Source of the DNA: a virus
Lineage: Duplodnaviria > Caudoviricetes
DNA length: 49,534 nucleotides
Virus record (IMG/VR): IMGVR_UViG_3300029822_000015
Location: 1 to 49,534 of that record
Reading direction: 5' to 3' (one strand)
The notes under the pieces were generated by a model that made no database searches, was not told the origin of the DNA, and saw only the letters and a list, made by a program, of their open reading frames with translations. This document shows, piece by piece, positions 18,701-27,390 of this stretch. Position 1 is the first letter of the stretch. Each line of letters opens with the position of its first letter. The translations under genes were made by a program, and so were the position numbers.

Positions 18701-21168
18701 ACATATAGTTTTCCGAACTTTTTAAGATGGGGTTCAGCCCTTTTAAGGGTGCTATTCATAATCTTAAAAGTGTCTTTATAGTCCTTGCCAAAGCTCTTAA
18801 AGGATCTTTTTATTGATTTAAAAGCGCTGCTTAATGGCTTGTGCAAAGATTTTGTCATTTTTGACCATGACTTAGAGATGCCCTTACCAGCAGAATAAAC
18901 TGCTTTCCCCACGGGTTTCATTTCTTTAGCTACATAAGACGCTACACCCGCAAAGGACTTACCAATTTGCTTACCCATTTTAGTCTTGCTGAACTTTTTA
19001 GCTGCTTTACCAGCCCAGCCGCCAACAACATTACCAATAGTGGCTCCGACTGCAGCTCCTAATGGTCCGCCAAAGAATAAGCCGACACCGCCGCCGACTG
19101 CGGAGCCGATACCTTTACCATAGTCTCTAAACTTTTTGGTCGAATTTTTCTCTTTAAATGCTTTATAAATATCAAGACCCGAAGTTGCGGCTACCCCAAC
19201 ACCTGCGCCAACCGTAGCTACTTTACCCAAAGTTGACAGAGACTTAAATCCGCTTGAAGCTACCCGTGAACCAGCCCCTGATTCTTTGCTTAGGACTGAC
19301 TTGCCCAGTTTTCCGCCAAGTAGTCCGGAGCTTGCAGCTTTAGAGATAATTCCTCTTTCGGCGCCCCCGCTAGCTGCTGATCGCGATACCATCGAACCCG
19401 TATCAGCTATACCTGACAAGCCACTTTTTTTACCACCAAGCATGCCAGCAGTCATGCTAAACATTTTGTACGACACATATAATGAGCCAACCGCTGCTGC
19501 TAATCCTGTGGTGTAAGCAATTGCTCTTTTAAGTGGACTTGGCAGGTTATCGACTGTCTTAAGAAAGCCATTAAGCTTGGATAGAACTTTAGTAATTCCC
19601 GGCAACAGGTAAACTGCAAATGACTGTCCAAGATTATCAAGATGGGTCTTAAATACCTTAACTTGATTAGACCATGACTTCATGTTTTTAGCGGATAAGG
19701 CTTCAATATAGCCTTTACCCTTGTAGTTAGTCGCTTTTTGAACTTGACCGGTTAACGATTCCATCTGCTTAACATTATTGGATAAAATAAGCGCTGATTC
19801 TTGTCCAGTCGCGCCAAATAGATTATGGAAAATAGTTGCTTTTTTACCATTAGAAGCACCCTTCATGTGATCATTCAAAATGGTAAATTCCTTGTCTAGC
19901 GAGTACAAGTTACCCTTTGAATCTTTTAAATCACTAGGTGATAGTCCAATTGATTTAAGGGCTTTTAACCCTTTTCCATTGGGGCCACCTGTTGGCGCAA
20001 TCAATGAATTAATGACCTTACGTAACCCAGTACCAGCGATACTACCATCTTGCCCGTTGTTAGACAAAACACCAATTGATGCGATAGTTGACGCCAAGGA
20101 CTGATTGTTACTATGGGAAGTAGCCCCAGTATAACGTAGGGCGTTCCCCATCCCAGAGAAGTCAGTAGCCGTTAAATCAGCCCCATAGGCCATCTCGTTA
20201 AGCACTTTGTTAGTGTATGACCGCATCTTTTTAACGGAGTTACCAGCGGCCCTTTTTAGCCCAAATTGTTCCAGCGTTGAAGCACCATAGTTGACAACCG
20301 AGTTATAATCGTCGCCAGATGCTCTTGAAGCCTGTAAAAACCTTTTATGCGCTGCTAGGTCTTGCGCTCCTGAATATCCCCGCCGTAGTAGTGTTTCACT
20401 ACCTCTTGCCAAACTGTTTTGAGATTCGCCATATTCGTTAGAAAGCTTGCGGTTCTCTTTTTGCATCCGTTTAGCAGTAGCTGCTGAAACGCTAGCTGAT
20501 GAGCCAGATGTGTTCATCAAGTTTTTAATGGTAGTGTACGTGTTCTGTAGGTTAGTCGCTTCATCAGCGGCCTTTTTGAAAGCCGCTGCTACCGGGATCA
20601 TCGCAAGTGACACAGTTGCCGCTATATTGCTAAGCTTGCTCCCTGCTGATGACAACCTGTTAAAAGATGTCCGAGTCTCATCTGAACTTCGTCCAGCTTT
20701 TGACATGCTTTTATGAACACGTGTTCCCATAGCGTCCGATGAGTCACCGACTAGCTTCATCTCATCCTTAGTTTTAGCAAAGTTGGTCTTTAGTTTGAAA
20801 CTTTTGCTTTTAGGGATGTCTTTAATAGAATATTTAATTGCCCGCGATGAATCAGAAAAATCCTTGCGCATGGCACTCGTAGAGTCACGAGTATCTGCCG
20901 CAAGGATTTTAACGCGTTCAGATGCAGACAAAAAATTATCATTGACTTTCTTGATAGAGCTGTTAGATGTGTCTACCAGCTTATCAAGGGCATCATTAAA
21001 TTTAGTAAGGTTCCTAGTTGATAAACCTTTACCAAGTTTAGATAACCGGTCGTCTGCTACCTTAGCTTTGTCAACGAGCTTATCTAAGGCTTCATTAGCT
21101 TTAGTCAGCTCGTCCATATTTTCTGAAACAACGCGGAAGCGTACTTTTGAGCTACGTGCGTAAGCCAT
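15712..21168 (-). CDS. Tape measure protein with M23 peptidase and phage lysozyme-like domains
   Basis: 1818 aa; GSIAGTGLR core; HDGVD...GPHVH M23 motif; IAAILGNWEFES...GLGQW lysozyme motif. Confidence 0.92.
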   Translation of the reverse strand: MAYARSSKVRFRVVSENMDELTKANEALDKLVDKAKVADDRLSKLGKGLSTRNLTKFNDALDKLVDTSNSSIKKVNDNFLSASERVKILAADTRDSTSAMRKDFSDSSRAIKYSIKDIPKSKSFKLKTNFAKTKDEMKLVGDSSDAMGTRVHKSMSKAGRSSDETRTSFNRLSSAGSKLSNIAATVSLAMIPVAAAFKKAADEATNLQNTYTTIKNLMNTSGSSASVSAATAKRMQKENRKLSNEYGESQNSLARGSETLLRRGYSGAQDLAAHKRFLQASRASGDDYNSVVNYGASTLEQFGLKRAAGNSVKKMRSYTNKVLNEMAYGADLTATDFSGMGNALRYTGATSHSNNQSLASTIASIGVLSNNGQDGSIAGTGLRKVINSLIAPTGGPNGKGLKALKSIGLSPSDLKDSKGNLYSLDKEFTILNDHMKGASNGKKATIFHNLFGATGQESALILSNNVKQMESLTGQVQKATNYKGKGYIEALSAKNMKSWSNQVKVFKTHLDNLGQSFAVYLLPGITKVLSKLNGFLKTVDNLPSPLKRAIAYTTGLAAAVGSLYVSYKMFSMTAGMLGGKKSGLSGIADTGSMVSRSAASGGAERGIISKAASSGLLGGKLGKSVLSKESGAGSRVASSGFKSLSTLGKVATVGAGVGVAATSGLDIYKAFKEKNSTKKFRDYGKGIGSAVGGGVGLFFGGPLGAAVGATIGNVVGGWAGKAAKKFSKTKMGKQIGKSFAGVASYVAKEMKPVGKAVYSAGKGISKSWSKMTKSLHKPLSSAFKSIKRSFKSFGKDYKDTFKIMNSTLKRAEPHLKKFGKLYVTVFKVELVTAIKVFGHALSGVISAAGVVIKGLATVTKGVFKIVSGAFSGIDDLIHGRWKKAWKDAKTIFSGFGDEIKGILGTITGLFNTFYKTISNIVGDIGSGVKSLFTGIYKDVTDKSSSKSHSPKTKKSHALGGSIHTTGTALVGEDGIELAYKKGGKSVRLLGSNGPAFEKVYSGERILTARDTKKVLSGGLGKNRVLPGYVGGTTSLAYAGGTTGIGTAKAAASVVKLAKSSKKDWAIISKDTSKHTKSIKKQTVSDYADLKKGSYKQLQQFDKRNTNRWKSINKDTSSYTAKTKKNSISDYNDMQKGVQKQMDQLNTGVTNSAKDTASNFGTALGKMKKYSHTAMSDTVDQLNTGISSIDKVLSQFGGNSSAIKTVHYAHGSNGQVGNNQIGIVNDAKTGPRQEAIIRDNNILLPRGHNAMVPIKRGDQILNGSQTQELAKSMGYNHFAKGSGVSKSALRKIISTNSKHPDAAFNSEYASKIKAGKTSLSSGISGLSSRASKRFGYPWSNEAWSQMASAESGGGSGAGGTWRHNPGLKETDPFGASRAQMYGGGARHDGVDFSGSLGSSILAVHGGKVIKTGGTGISDLGKVIIVKSDDGYEEIYQEFGGMNNIKTAVGDTIKTGQKIATLGSLSGAGSGPHVHIGITKGNPMTKNMLSTAGWYDVTKMSGKSTGSKNSSKKSSALSKLVAKQLAPQLKWISENLQEESFSGAGISGNVASRAKQLEKIIKNLYPNATNNGIAAILGNWEFESSLNPASQNSIGASGLGQWLNGRFTALKNYAKKHGKSWKNAGAQISFALNGDGSDSAIFKRILRSNASVSSLANEFSSTWERGGHNAQHVAGAKKIEAILNDNGGWSKKGKLNIFGEKNSEVAINPAKNSADGLINSAVSARSKYKNSIFNPENIAKQLTRIATTNPLTNNVFKKASKASSTGSITINANFNFTINAESATAGTATSQAIKQAEPQIKSIVQQMMAQAISQQEEATI

Positions 21169-21193
21169 AGTATTACCTCCGTCGTCATTTAGT

Positions 21194-21415
21194 TTAAATC
21201 ATACTGCTTTTAGCCATAAATTCAGCTCGTTTGTTATTAGCCCAGTTTAACATCGATAGCTCATCGGCGTTCATAAGATCAATTGGTCTTGGTAAGGCAT
21301 TAGGAATCCCAGAATAGATGTAACTATTCCACTTGAACCCCAAAATAGGATTATCTTGGATCATCTTAGTGACTGCTGCTTCACTACTGATATTACTAAT
21401 CAAGTTGTTCGACAA
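21194..21415 (-). CDS. Second tail assembly chaperone ORF (probably a frameshift extension)
   Basis: Overlaps the end of the chaperone gene in the +1 frame; no clear RBS; MNADEL motif. Confidence 0.6.
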   Translation of the reverse strand: MSNNLISNISSEAAVTKMIQDNPILGFKWNSYIYSGIPNALPRPIDLMNADELSMLNWANNKRAEFMAKSSMI

Positions 21416-21791
21416 GAAACTGCGCAGCCGCGTTCATGACCGGCAACATCTTACTATGGCCCTCCCAGTATTCCCAATCTAGCTTTTGAATACCATCAAT
21501 ATCGGGATTTTGGATAACCTTTGGTAAATCAAGGTCTTCATCACCCTTCATCAAAGCGCCATACAGTGCTCGTAAGTCTCCGCTTCGTACTAATTCTAGG
21601 AAGCCTGTCGCTTTTTCATAACCCGGGAATCGAAAGTTGTATGTGACATTTCGCTTAGCCTTTTTGTCCCAGATCTTATAAGTCCCGACAATGTATTTCC
21701 CGCTAACCTTAGTAACCGTCTTAGGGTCTAAGATTTTATCTTCTTTGTGTTGTTGTTCGTCTGGCTTACGATTTTGTTGTTGTTCAGTCAT
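21396..21791 (-). CDS. Tail assembly chaperone
   Basis: Between tube and tape measure genes; AGGAGG RBS. Confidence 0.7.
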   Translation of the reverse strand: MTEQQQNRKPDEQQHKEDKILDPKTVTKVSGKYIVGTYKIWDKKAKRNVTYNFRFPGYEKATGFLELVRSGDLRALYGALMKGDEDLDLPKVIQNPDIDGIQKLDWEYWEGHSKMLPVMNAAAQFLVEQLD

Positions 21792-21813
21792 GAGTAAGCT
21801 CCTCCTTTAGTTT

Positions 21814-22221
21814 CTATCGAACTGCTTCTAGCTGATAATCTGGGCATTCAAAGACGATTGACCGTGTTGGATAAGCCCCGTCGCCAATTGAAACATCGCC
21901 CCACTTTTGCAAAACAGCATGCTCACTATGGATATATTCATCAACCGTCTTGCAAGAGATGGCAACTTCTTGATAGCTTTGACCCATGTCAACAATGTCC
22001 TTGTAAGCATCAGTTGCTGGATCGAGGTTAAAGGTCATTCTCCCAGTAGAATCGTGGTTAATAACGACTTTACCATTACCAACGGCATCAGTAGAAGCCG
22101 TTGAGTTGTTGTTTGATTGTGAGCCGGTAAACATCGAACCAGCACCCCAAACAGTGATCGGTACGCCATTGATTGAGACCGCGGCATCTGCTGGATCAAA
22201 AATTGTGTTTGTTGTAGCCAT
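21814..22221 (-). CDS. Tail tube protein (DUF3277-like)
   Basis: FDPAD...INGVPIT, DAVG and GRMTFNL pattern; downstream of the sheath. Confidence 0.75.
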   Translation of the reverse strand: MATTNTIFDPADAAVSINGVPITVWGAGSMFTGSQSNNNSTASTDAVGNGKVVINHDSTGRMTFNLDPATDAYKDIVDMGQSYQEVAISCKTVDEYIHSEHAVLQKWGDVSIGDGAYPTRSIVFECPDYQLEAVR

Positions 22222-22237
22222 GTTTTAGTTCACCCCT

Positions 22238-23020
22238 TTAAAGTGTGATCTGACCGGTGATATAAGCATCATCAATTGAGTTTGCTGGTTTGTACGACCA
22301 GCTAAGACCCTTATACTTACGGGCCGAAACATCCGCATTTTTTAACTCATCTACTGGCAACGCGGTAACTGTGGCGTCCATGGTACCATCATCTTTATCG
22401 GCAACGATCCCATTTCCCCAAGCTGTTGAGAACACGCTATTAAGCGCAGCTTCCAACACGTTAATACCCGTTGCGTTAAATGGCAGCTTGTTATTTTTGA
22501 TCATAACATCTGTCAAGGCAGTGTTGCTATGACGAATGACCCAATCAAGGCCAACGAAGGTGTCAATATAATTACCACTAAGAGTTTTACCGTCTCGGAG
22601 AATCGGTGTGCCTTGTGCGTAGTAGTAGGTGTTTACATTAGCTTGCGTGTAAGGCTCCAATTGGTTCTGTTGGAAGTTCAATTGATCTTGTGCCAAGATG
22701 CCAACGAGGCCGGTCTTGTTAGCAAAATCAAATGAACCTACTGTTAACCCGCCAACACGACCCACCGTAGCTGCCGAAGCAATGTTTTGATGGGTGTCAT
22801 CAGTTGGAACGCTAAAGCCGGCTACCCGGTTGTTGTAAGACAGTGGCGCAAATTTTGATAGGTCGTTGCTATCGTAAAGCATAAACCCAAGACCCTGCGC
22901 TTCAATAAAATTTGAAACTGCGATGACTTCATCATCATCTAAACCCACTGGGATCAGATATTCGGAGCCATCATGATAGTATTTCTGGACTGCAGAAATA
23001 ACATTATCTGTGTTTGCCAT
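22238..23020 (-). CDS. Tail sheath protein, C-terminal part (DUF3383-like)
   Basis: GKTLSGNYIDTFVGLDW, KLPFNATGI, ARKYKG...SID; own AGGAGG RBS. Confidence 0.8.
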   Translation of the reverse strand: MANTDNVISAVQKYYHDGSEYLIPVGLDDDEVIAVSNFIEAQGLGFMLYDSNDLSKFAPLSYNNRVAGFSVPTDDTHQNIASAATVGRVGGLTVGSFDFANKTGLVGILAQDQLNFQQNQLEPYTQANVNTYYYAQGTPILRDGKTLSGNYIDTFVGLDWVIRHSNTALTDVMIKNNKLPFNATGINVLEAALNSVFSTAWGNGIVADKDDGTMDATVTALPVDELKNADVSARKYKGLSWSYKPANSIDDAYITGQITL

Positions 23021-23032
23021 GAATTATCCCTC

Positions 23033-23839
23033 CTATGATCCTGCGCTGACAGTAACTGCTGCCGTTGCAGTAAAGCCACCATCAACCGTGGTAACAGTAA
23101 TTGTTGCAGTACCAGCTTTAAGATAAGAAACCTTACCGTTAGCGTCAACGGTAGCAACCGTTTCATCTGAACTTGCCCAGGTAACCGATGAGTTGGTAGC
23201 AGTAGCTGGTTTAACTGTTGCAGTTAAAGTATCACTACCATTAACGGTCCCTGATAAAGTGGTCTTGTTTAAGGTAACCCCAGTAACAGCAATGTTAGGT
23301 GCGGCTGCGCTCACTGACGCAGTAGCCGTAATTTCATTGCTGGTACCAGTCTTAAAGGTTAATGTTGCATGGCCTGCGGCTTTAAGTGCAACACTGAAAC
23401 TGCCATCAAGGTTAGGTGAGACCGTAGCAACTGAAGTGTCGCCTGAAACTGCTGTAACCGTCTTATCAGTAGTGGTTGCTGGTAACACCGTTGGTATGAT
23501 CTTAAGCGTATCGCCGACTGTGCCAGACAGCGTTGCATTATCCAGAGTAATTGACTGTGGTGAAACATATGAATCAGAATCGACACAGGTCAATACGATA
23601 ATTGCTTCTGGCGGATTAGTCCCGTTAAAAATAGCATTGGCCATTGTGTAAACTGCGCTATCCGTTGGATAGTCATTTTGAACATCGTCCAATGAGTTAT
23701 ATTGAACGTTTGTCGCTTTAGTAATCGTTGAGTCCTTAGTAATGATCTTAGGGACTTGATCGCCCAAGGTCTGAACAGGCGTTGAAACTGTGACCTGCGT
23801 ATGAACTGGCCCTAAAGGCTGATTTGTTACATAAGCCAT
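23033..23839 (-). CDS. Sheath N-terminal domain fused to two Ig-like (Big_2) domains
   Basis: YNSLDDVQNDY...VYTMANAIF...P sheath N-terminus, then VTWASSDETVATVDANGKV-type Ig repeats. Confidence 0.75.
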   Translation of the reverse strand: MAYVTNQPLGPVHTQVTVSTPVQTLGDQVPKIITKDSTITKATNVQYNSLDDVQNDYPTDSAVYTMANAIFNGTNPPEAIIVLTCVDSDSYVSPQSITLDNATLSGTVGDTLKIIPTVLPATTTDKTVTAVSGDTSVATVSPNLDGSFSVALKAAGHATLTFKTGTSNEITATASVSAAAPNIAVTGVTLNKTTLSGTVNGSDTLTATVKPATATNSSVTWASSDETVATVDANGKVSYLKAGTATITVTTVDGGFTATAAVTVSAGS

Positions 23840-23840
23840 T

Positions 23841-24338
23841 TTAGTTACCCTCCTCATTTGTAAGAGAATGGCTAGGATCATCATAATCGCTAAACATCGG
23901 CGTGGTGTTTTCAAAATCACGCTGTAAGCGAAGCTGTAGATCAAAGCCGAATTGATAATCTGAAACAATAGTACCTAAGCTAGTCCGGTTAGTTGGATCT
24001 AGCACATCTAGCAAAACAATTCCTTTAGCTGATAGGTCGTGATGGGGTGTATACTCACGCAGAACTGCTTGTAAGTTATCCATCACCCGACCAGCCTGGG
24101 ACTTGATGTTAGAATGCACGGTGATCGAAACTGTTGTCTCAAAAGACTCGTCACTAGGCGAATGCGCCCAGCGATCGCGAACCGTATTATATTGTGGGGA
24201 CACCGTGATAAACGGGTACGCGGGCTTGTTACCAGAATAACCATCAGTGATCATTTTATCGGCTGGTAGCCCTGTAATACTCATGATCTCTTGTTGTAAG
24301 ACAGCAATCATGCCGTCCCAGTCAAAGGTTTGGATCAT
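23841..24338 (-). CDS. Neck / tail terminator protein
   Basis: KPAYPFIT and YQFGFDLQLR motifs; synteny. Confidence 0.7.
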   Translation of the reverse strand: MIQTFDWDGMIAVLQQEIMSITGLPADKMITDGYSGNKPAYPFITVSPQYNTVRDRWAHSPSDESFETTVSITVHSNIKSQAGRVMDNLQAVLREYTPHHDLSAKGIVLLDVLDPTNRTSLGTIVSDYQFGFDLQLRLQRDFENTTPMFSDYDDPSHSLTNEEGN

Positions 24339-24735
24339 CGTTATTCAGCTCCCCACTATTGAGTTTCAGATAATATATGTGAATGTCGGCTAAGGAGTTG
24401 TAAACATCCTCACCGACAATAACTAGCTGTGTCCCGTCTGGGTCATCATCGGTCATGCCAATTGCAATAATAGTACCAACCTGGTGCTTAGATAGGCTGT
24501 ACCACTCGTACTGGTAATTAATGGTGGCACCGGTGCTGTCCATGTAAACAAGATCTGAATCGCTAGAGTTACTTGACGGAATAACTGGTTCATTAACCTC
24601 AACGTATGGCTGACTTGAAGCATCTGGCAAGATGTGCTCGCCGTTCTTTGCACCGCCATCACGGATGAGGTTAGACTGATAAACTCGTACTGGAATTGCG
24701 TAGCGACGAATGAGCCGCTTTTTGATAAACTTCAT
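24322..24735 (-). CDS. Head-closure-like structural protein
   Basis: EPVIP and IYYLK motifs; position in the neck cluster. Confidence 0.55.
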   Translation of the reverse strand: MKFIKKRLIRRYAIPVRVYQSNLIRDGGAKNGEHILPDASSQPYVEVNEPVIPSSNSSDSDLVYMDSTGATINYQYEWYSLSKHQVGTIIAIGMTDDDPDGTQLVIVGEDVYNSLADIHIYYLKLNSGELNNDDPNL

Positions 24736-25343
24736 GCTTCCACCACCCGATAACTAATCGAATTAAGCAATGAACCCTTATCAATCAACGGGTCATCTTT
24801 GCCTTTATTGGCGATCGTCAGTGGCGCGTTTTTAGGGCTCATTTTAAGCCTAATCTCAATCCTAATATATTTGGCCAGTTGTCGCCCTAAACGCTCGTAC
24901 ATGTCACGAGGAGTCATCTCAAGGTTAAATACACGTTGTAGATTGTCCTCAACTAGCTCTGCCATCTTGTACATGTTGTCGTCTAGCCCCGAACGTAAAA
25001 AAGAACGTTCAGGAATCCGAACATGCGATTTTAAAATGAAATAGATGTCAATGCCGCCATTGTTGTTGCTCTTAGCTAACACATGTTTGCCTTTAGGGAC
25101 AAACAAACCGTCAAAATCTCGAGGACTGTGGCCAAGACCTAGTTTTGTCGGAATCGCTAGATACCGGCTGTTCTTAGGCACAATGTCCGTCCCAAATTCG
25201 TTAGCTGTGGCGATCATCTGCAAAAACTCGATGCCTTTGCTACCCACATCAAGAATCACGCCAACCTCAACAGCTAACTTCGATACCTCTCGCATGGCAC
25301 CTTTGATCTCGCTAATGTGGTTTTCCTCTTTAAAGTCAGGCAA
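24732..25343 (-). CDS. Neck / virion morphogenesis protein
   Basis: IATANEFG, IPERSFLR and KGKDDPLIDKGSLLNSI motifs; probable TTG start. Confidence 0.8.
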   Translation of the reverse strand: MPDFKEENHISEIKGAMREVSKLAVEVGVILDVGSKGIEFLQMIATANEFGTDIVPKNSRYLAIPTKLGLGHSPRDFDGLFVPKGKHVLAKSNNNGGIDIYFILKSHVRIPERSFLRSGLDDNMYKMAELVEDNLQRVFNLEMTPRDMYERLGRQLAKYIRIEIRLKMSPKNAPLTIANKGKDDPLIDKGSLLNSISYRVVEA

Positions 25344-25695
25344 GATGAACACCCCACGATGAGTAGCCAAGTTGCTCAATCAAGGAATTATAGGCTGACA
25401 GCCACTGATTAATGGCGCCGGAAGCTGAATACTGTGTGGTTAGACGACCCGCGATATCGGCAGAAATGCCATTAGCAACCGCAGTTGAGTTCCACAAGTT
25501 GATCAAGGTTAAATATTTAACCACGGCCCGAATCAGGGTAGGGTCAGTTTGTGGGTCAAGCTTAAGCATCGCAATAGCATACTGCTCGTTTACAACACTT
25601 GTTACATAGTCCGTCGTTAAGTCATCAAAGGACCCGTTACCGGCGATCATTACCTCGCTTACTAATGCCGAAACATCAAAAGGTGGTGTTGTCAT
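25336..25695 (-). CDS. Head-tail adaptor (DUF4054-like)
   Basis: Size, position after the capsid genes, GGAGG RBS. Confidence 0.55.
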   Translation of the reverse strand: MTTPPFDVSALVSEVMIAGNGSFDDLTTDYVTSVVNEQYAIAMLKLDPQTDPTLIRAVVKYLTLINLWNSTAVANGISADIAGRLTTQYSASGAINQWLSAYNSLIEQLGYSSWGVHLA

Positions 25696-25711
25696 GCTGC
25701 CCACCTCCTAG

Positions 25712-25915
25712 CTAGTTGTTAATTGCAATAATTAATTTTTTACCTGCTGAAAATGGCCCTACTGTTCGACGTAAGTGGTTGATGGTAGCTAAATAGCCAG
25801 TTGAAGTGTGGTTTGCTGTAGCAATCGCCCACAGCTCATCGCCATCGTTAGTCGTGTAATAGGTTTTGCCATTGTCGGTAAAGTTAGTCGTAATGTCAAT
25901 GCTTGATGGTAACAT
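25712..25915 (-). CDS. Stand-alone LysM domain protein
   Basis: YTTNDGDELWAIA...LATINHL...GKKLII; own GGAGG RBS. Confidence 0.75.
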   Translation of the reverse strand: MLPSSIDITTNFTDNGKTYYTTNDGDELWAIATANHTSTGYLATINHLRRTVGPFSAGKKLIIAINN

Positions 25916-25926
25916 GCTCACACCTC

Positions 25927-26961
25927 CTAATAGGCTGTCAAGACATACTGTGCACGGGCGTTGGTAAAGGTTGGGATAAATTGTTCGTCGACCTTAGTGT
26001 AGACCGAGACAGGATCATAGTCAGTCCGAGTTAAGACTGAAACGCCAGTGTCAACAACAGCAACTTGGCCTAACGTGGCATCGCCAGCAGCCTTTTCTTC
26101 GGGCGTTGGAACAAATACGGTGTTACCAATAGCGGCATTACCAGAACCCGGCAGCAGAATGATCTTGCCATCAGGAATAAACTTGGTGAACGTACCGTTG
26201 GCATCATAGCCCTTGTCATAGACAACGACATTCAGACCTAGAACTGCGCTAAAGTAACTTTGAACTGCACCCTGGGTCAAAATAGCGCCTTGTGGGGCTA
26301 CTGTGCCAGCAAAGATTGAGTTATGCAAGGCCGTGTTATGTTCCAGCGCGTACATTGTGGCCTGATTCATGATAGCCCGTTGCAGTTGCACGCCAGACTT
26401 CGAAGATGCAATGCTTTGGACAGCTTGAATGTCATCATAAGGGTTTGACCCATCAGCATTCCATTTGTTCGTAGCAGCGTAGAATTGGCTATCCTGATAA
26501 CCATAATCAGCTAACATTGAGCCAATGGTCAGCTTCCCGTTAAGCAGTGCTTGCATCGCATAATACTCACGAGTAAAACGCGCTTGAACTAAAAGCTTTG
26601 ATTGGTCATTGTACAATTTGTTGAAGATCGTGGTGGTCAAAACAGTGTCACCGGTTGCTTGTGCGTTTGACAGGTCGGTTAAGTCTGACTCGCCGACATT
26701 TAAGAAGTTCTTGAACCGCTTAGTTGGCAAAGTACCAACGTCAAGGCCAGAACGACCAACAGGAAGTGCTTTTGAACCATCGCTGGTTGGGTCAAGCAAT
26801 TCAGGTAATGGATCGGATCCGGTAATGTTCTTAACATTGTCGGACATTTGCTTGGTAGCTGGTAAGAGCGCTTCAAGCAAGTATGGCGCGGTGTATTGGG
26901 GGTTGGTGTTCCAGAACCCGGCAAGGTAAGGCGCTTGTAGTAAATCGAATACGGAAGCCAT
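25927..26961 (-). CDS. Major capsid protein (phage cap E family)
   Basis: 344 aa; REYYAMQALLNGK, W....NPYDDI, FIPDGKIILLP and DPV motifs. Confidence 0.9.
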   Translation of the reverse strand: MASVFDLLQAPYLAGFWNTNPQYTAPYLLEALLPATKQMSDNVKNITGSDPLPELLDPTSDGSKALPVGRSGLDVGTLPTKRFKNFLNVGESDLTDLSNAQATGDTVLTTTIFNKLYNDQSKLLVQARFTREYYAMQALLNGKLTIGSMLADYGYQDSQFYAATNKWNADGSNPYDDIQAVQSIASSKSGVQLQRAIMNQATMYALEHNTALHNSIFAGTVAPQGAILTQGAVQSYFSAVLGLNVVVYDKGYDANGTFTKFIPDGKIILLPGSGNAAIGNTVFVPTPEEKAAGDATLGQVAVVDTGVSVLTRTDYDPVSVYTKVDEQFIPTFTNARAQYVLTAY

Positions 26962-26983
26962 TACAGCTTCACCTCCTCATGTT

Positions 26984-27370
26984 TTAACGATTGACCAGGG
27001 TAACCCCGGTAGTTTTACCCGCAACAGCTTGTAGAGCTGCAACAACCGTTGTGTCAAGCATTTTTTGACGTAAGTAGACATTGGCAAAGAGAATTGTGGC
27101 TTCCTTGTCGCCAGTGGTCAAGTCAACATCATCCGCAACGACGCCGGCGAAGATCTCACCCTCGGCTGCGGTAAATTCTGATAATTTCGTAACTGCGGTG
27201 GACTGATCAGTGGTCAGCCAATTAACATTTGCGCCAACTGGTGTGCCAGCCTTGATGATTTTTCTACCATCCGTGCCAGCAGTCACAACCGAGCTGTCCA
27301 GAGTTCCGGGTAAGCCGATTGCCTGGTCGGGCGCAATTAAAGCATTTTGGTTTGCCATATAAGTGGCCAT
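26984..27370 (-). CDS. Head decoration protein
   Basis: DGRKIIKAGTP and G....DVDLT.GD motifs; between scaffold and capsid genes. Confidence 0.75.
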   Translation of the reverse strand: MATYMANQNALIAPDQAIGLPGTLDSSVVTAGTDGRKIIKAGTPVGANVNWLTTDQSTAVTKLSEFTAAEGEIFAGVVADDVDLTTGDKEATILFANVYLRQKMLDTTVVAALQAVAGKTTGVTLVNR

Positions 27371-27390
27371 GCTATATCACCTCTGTGATT

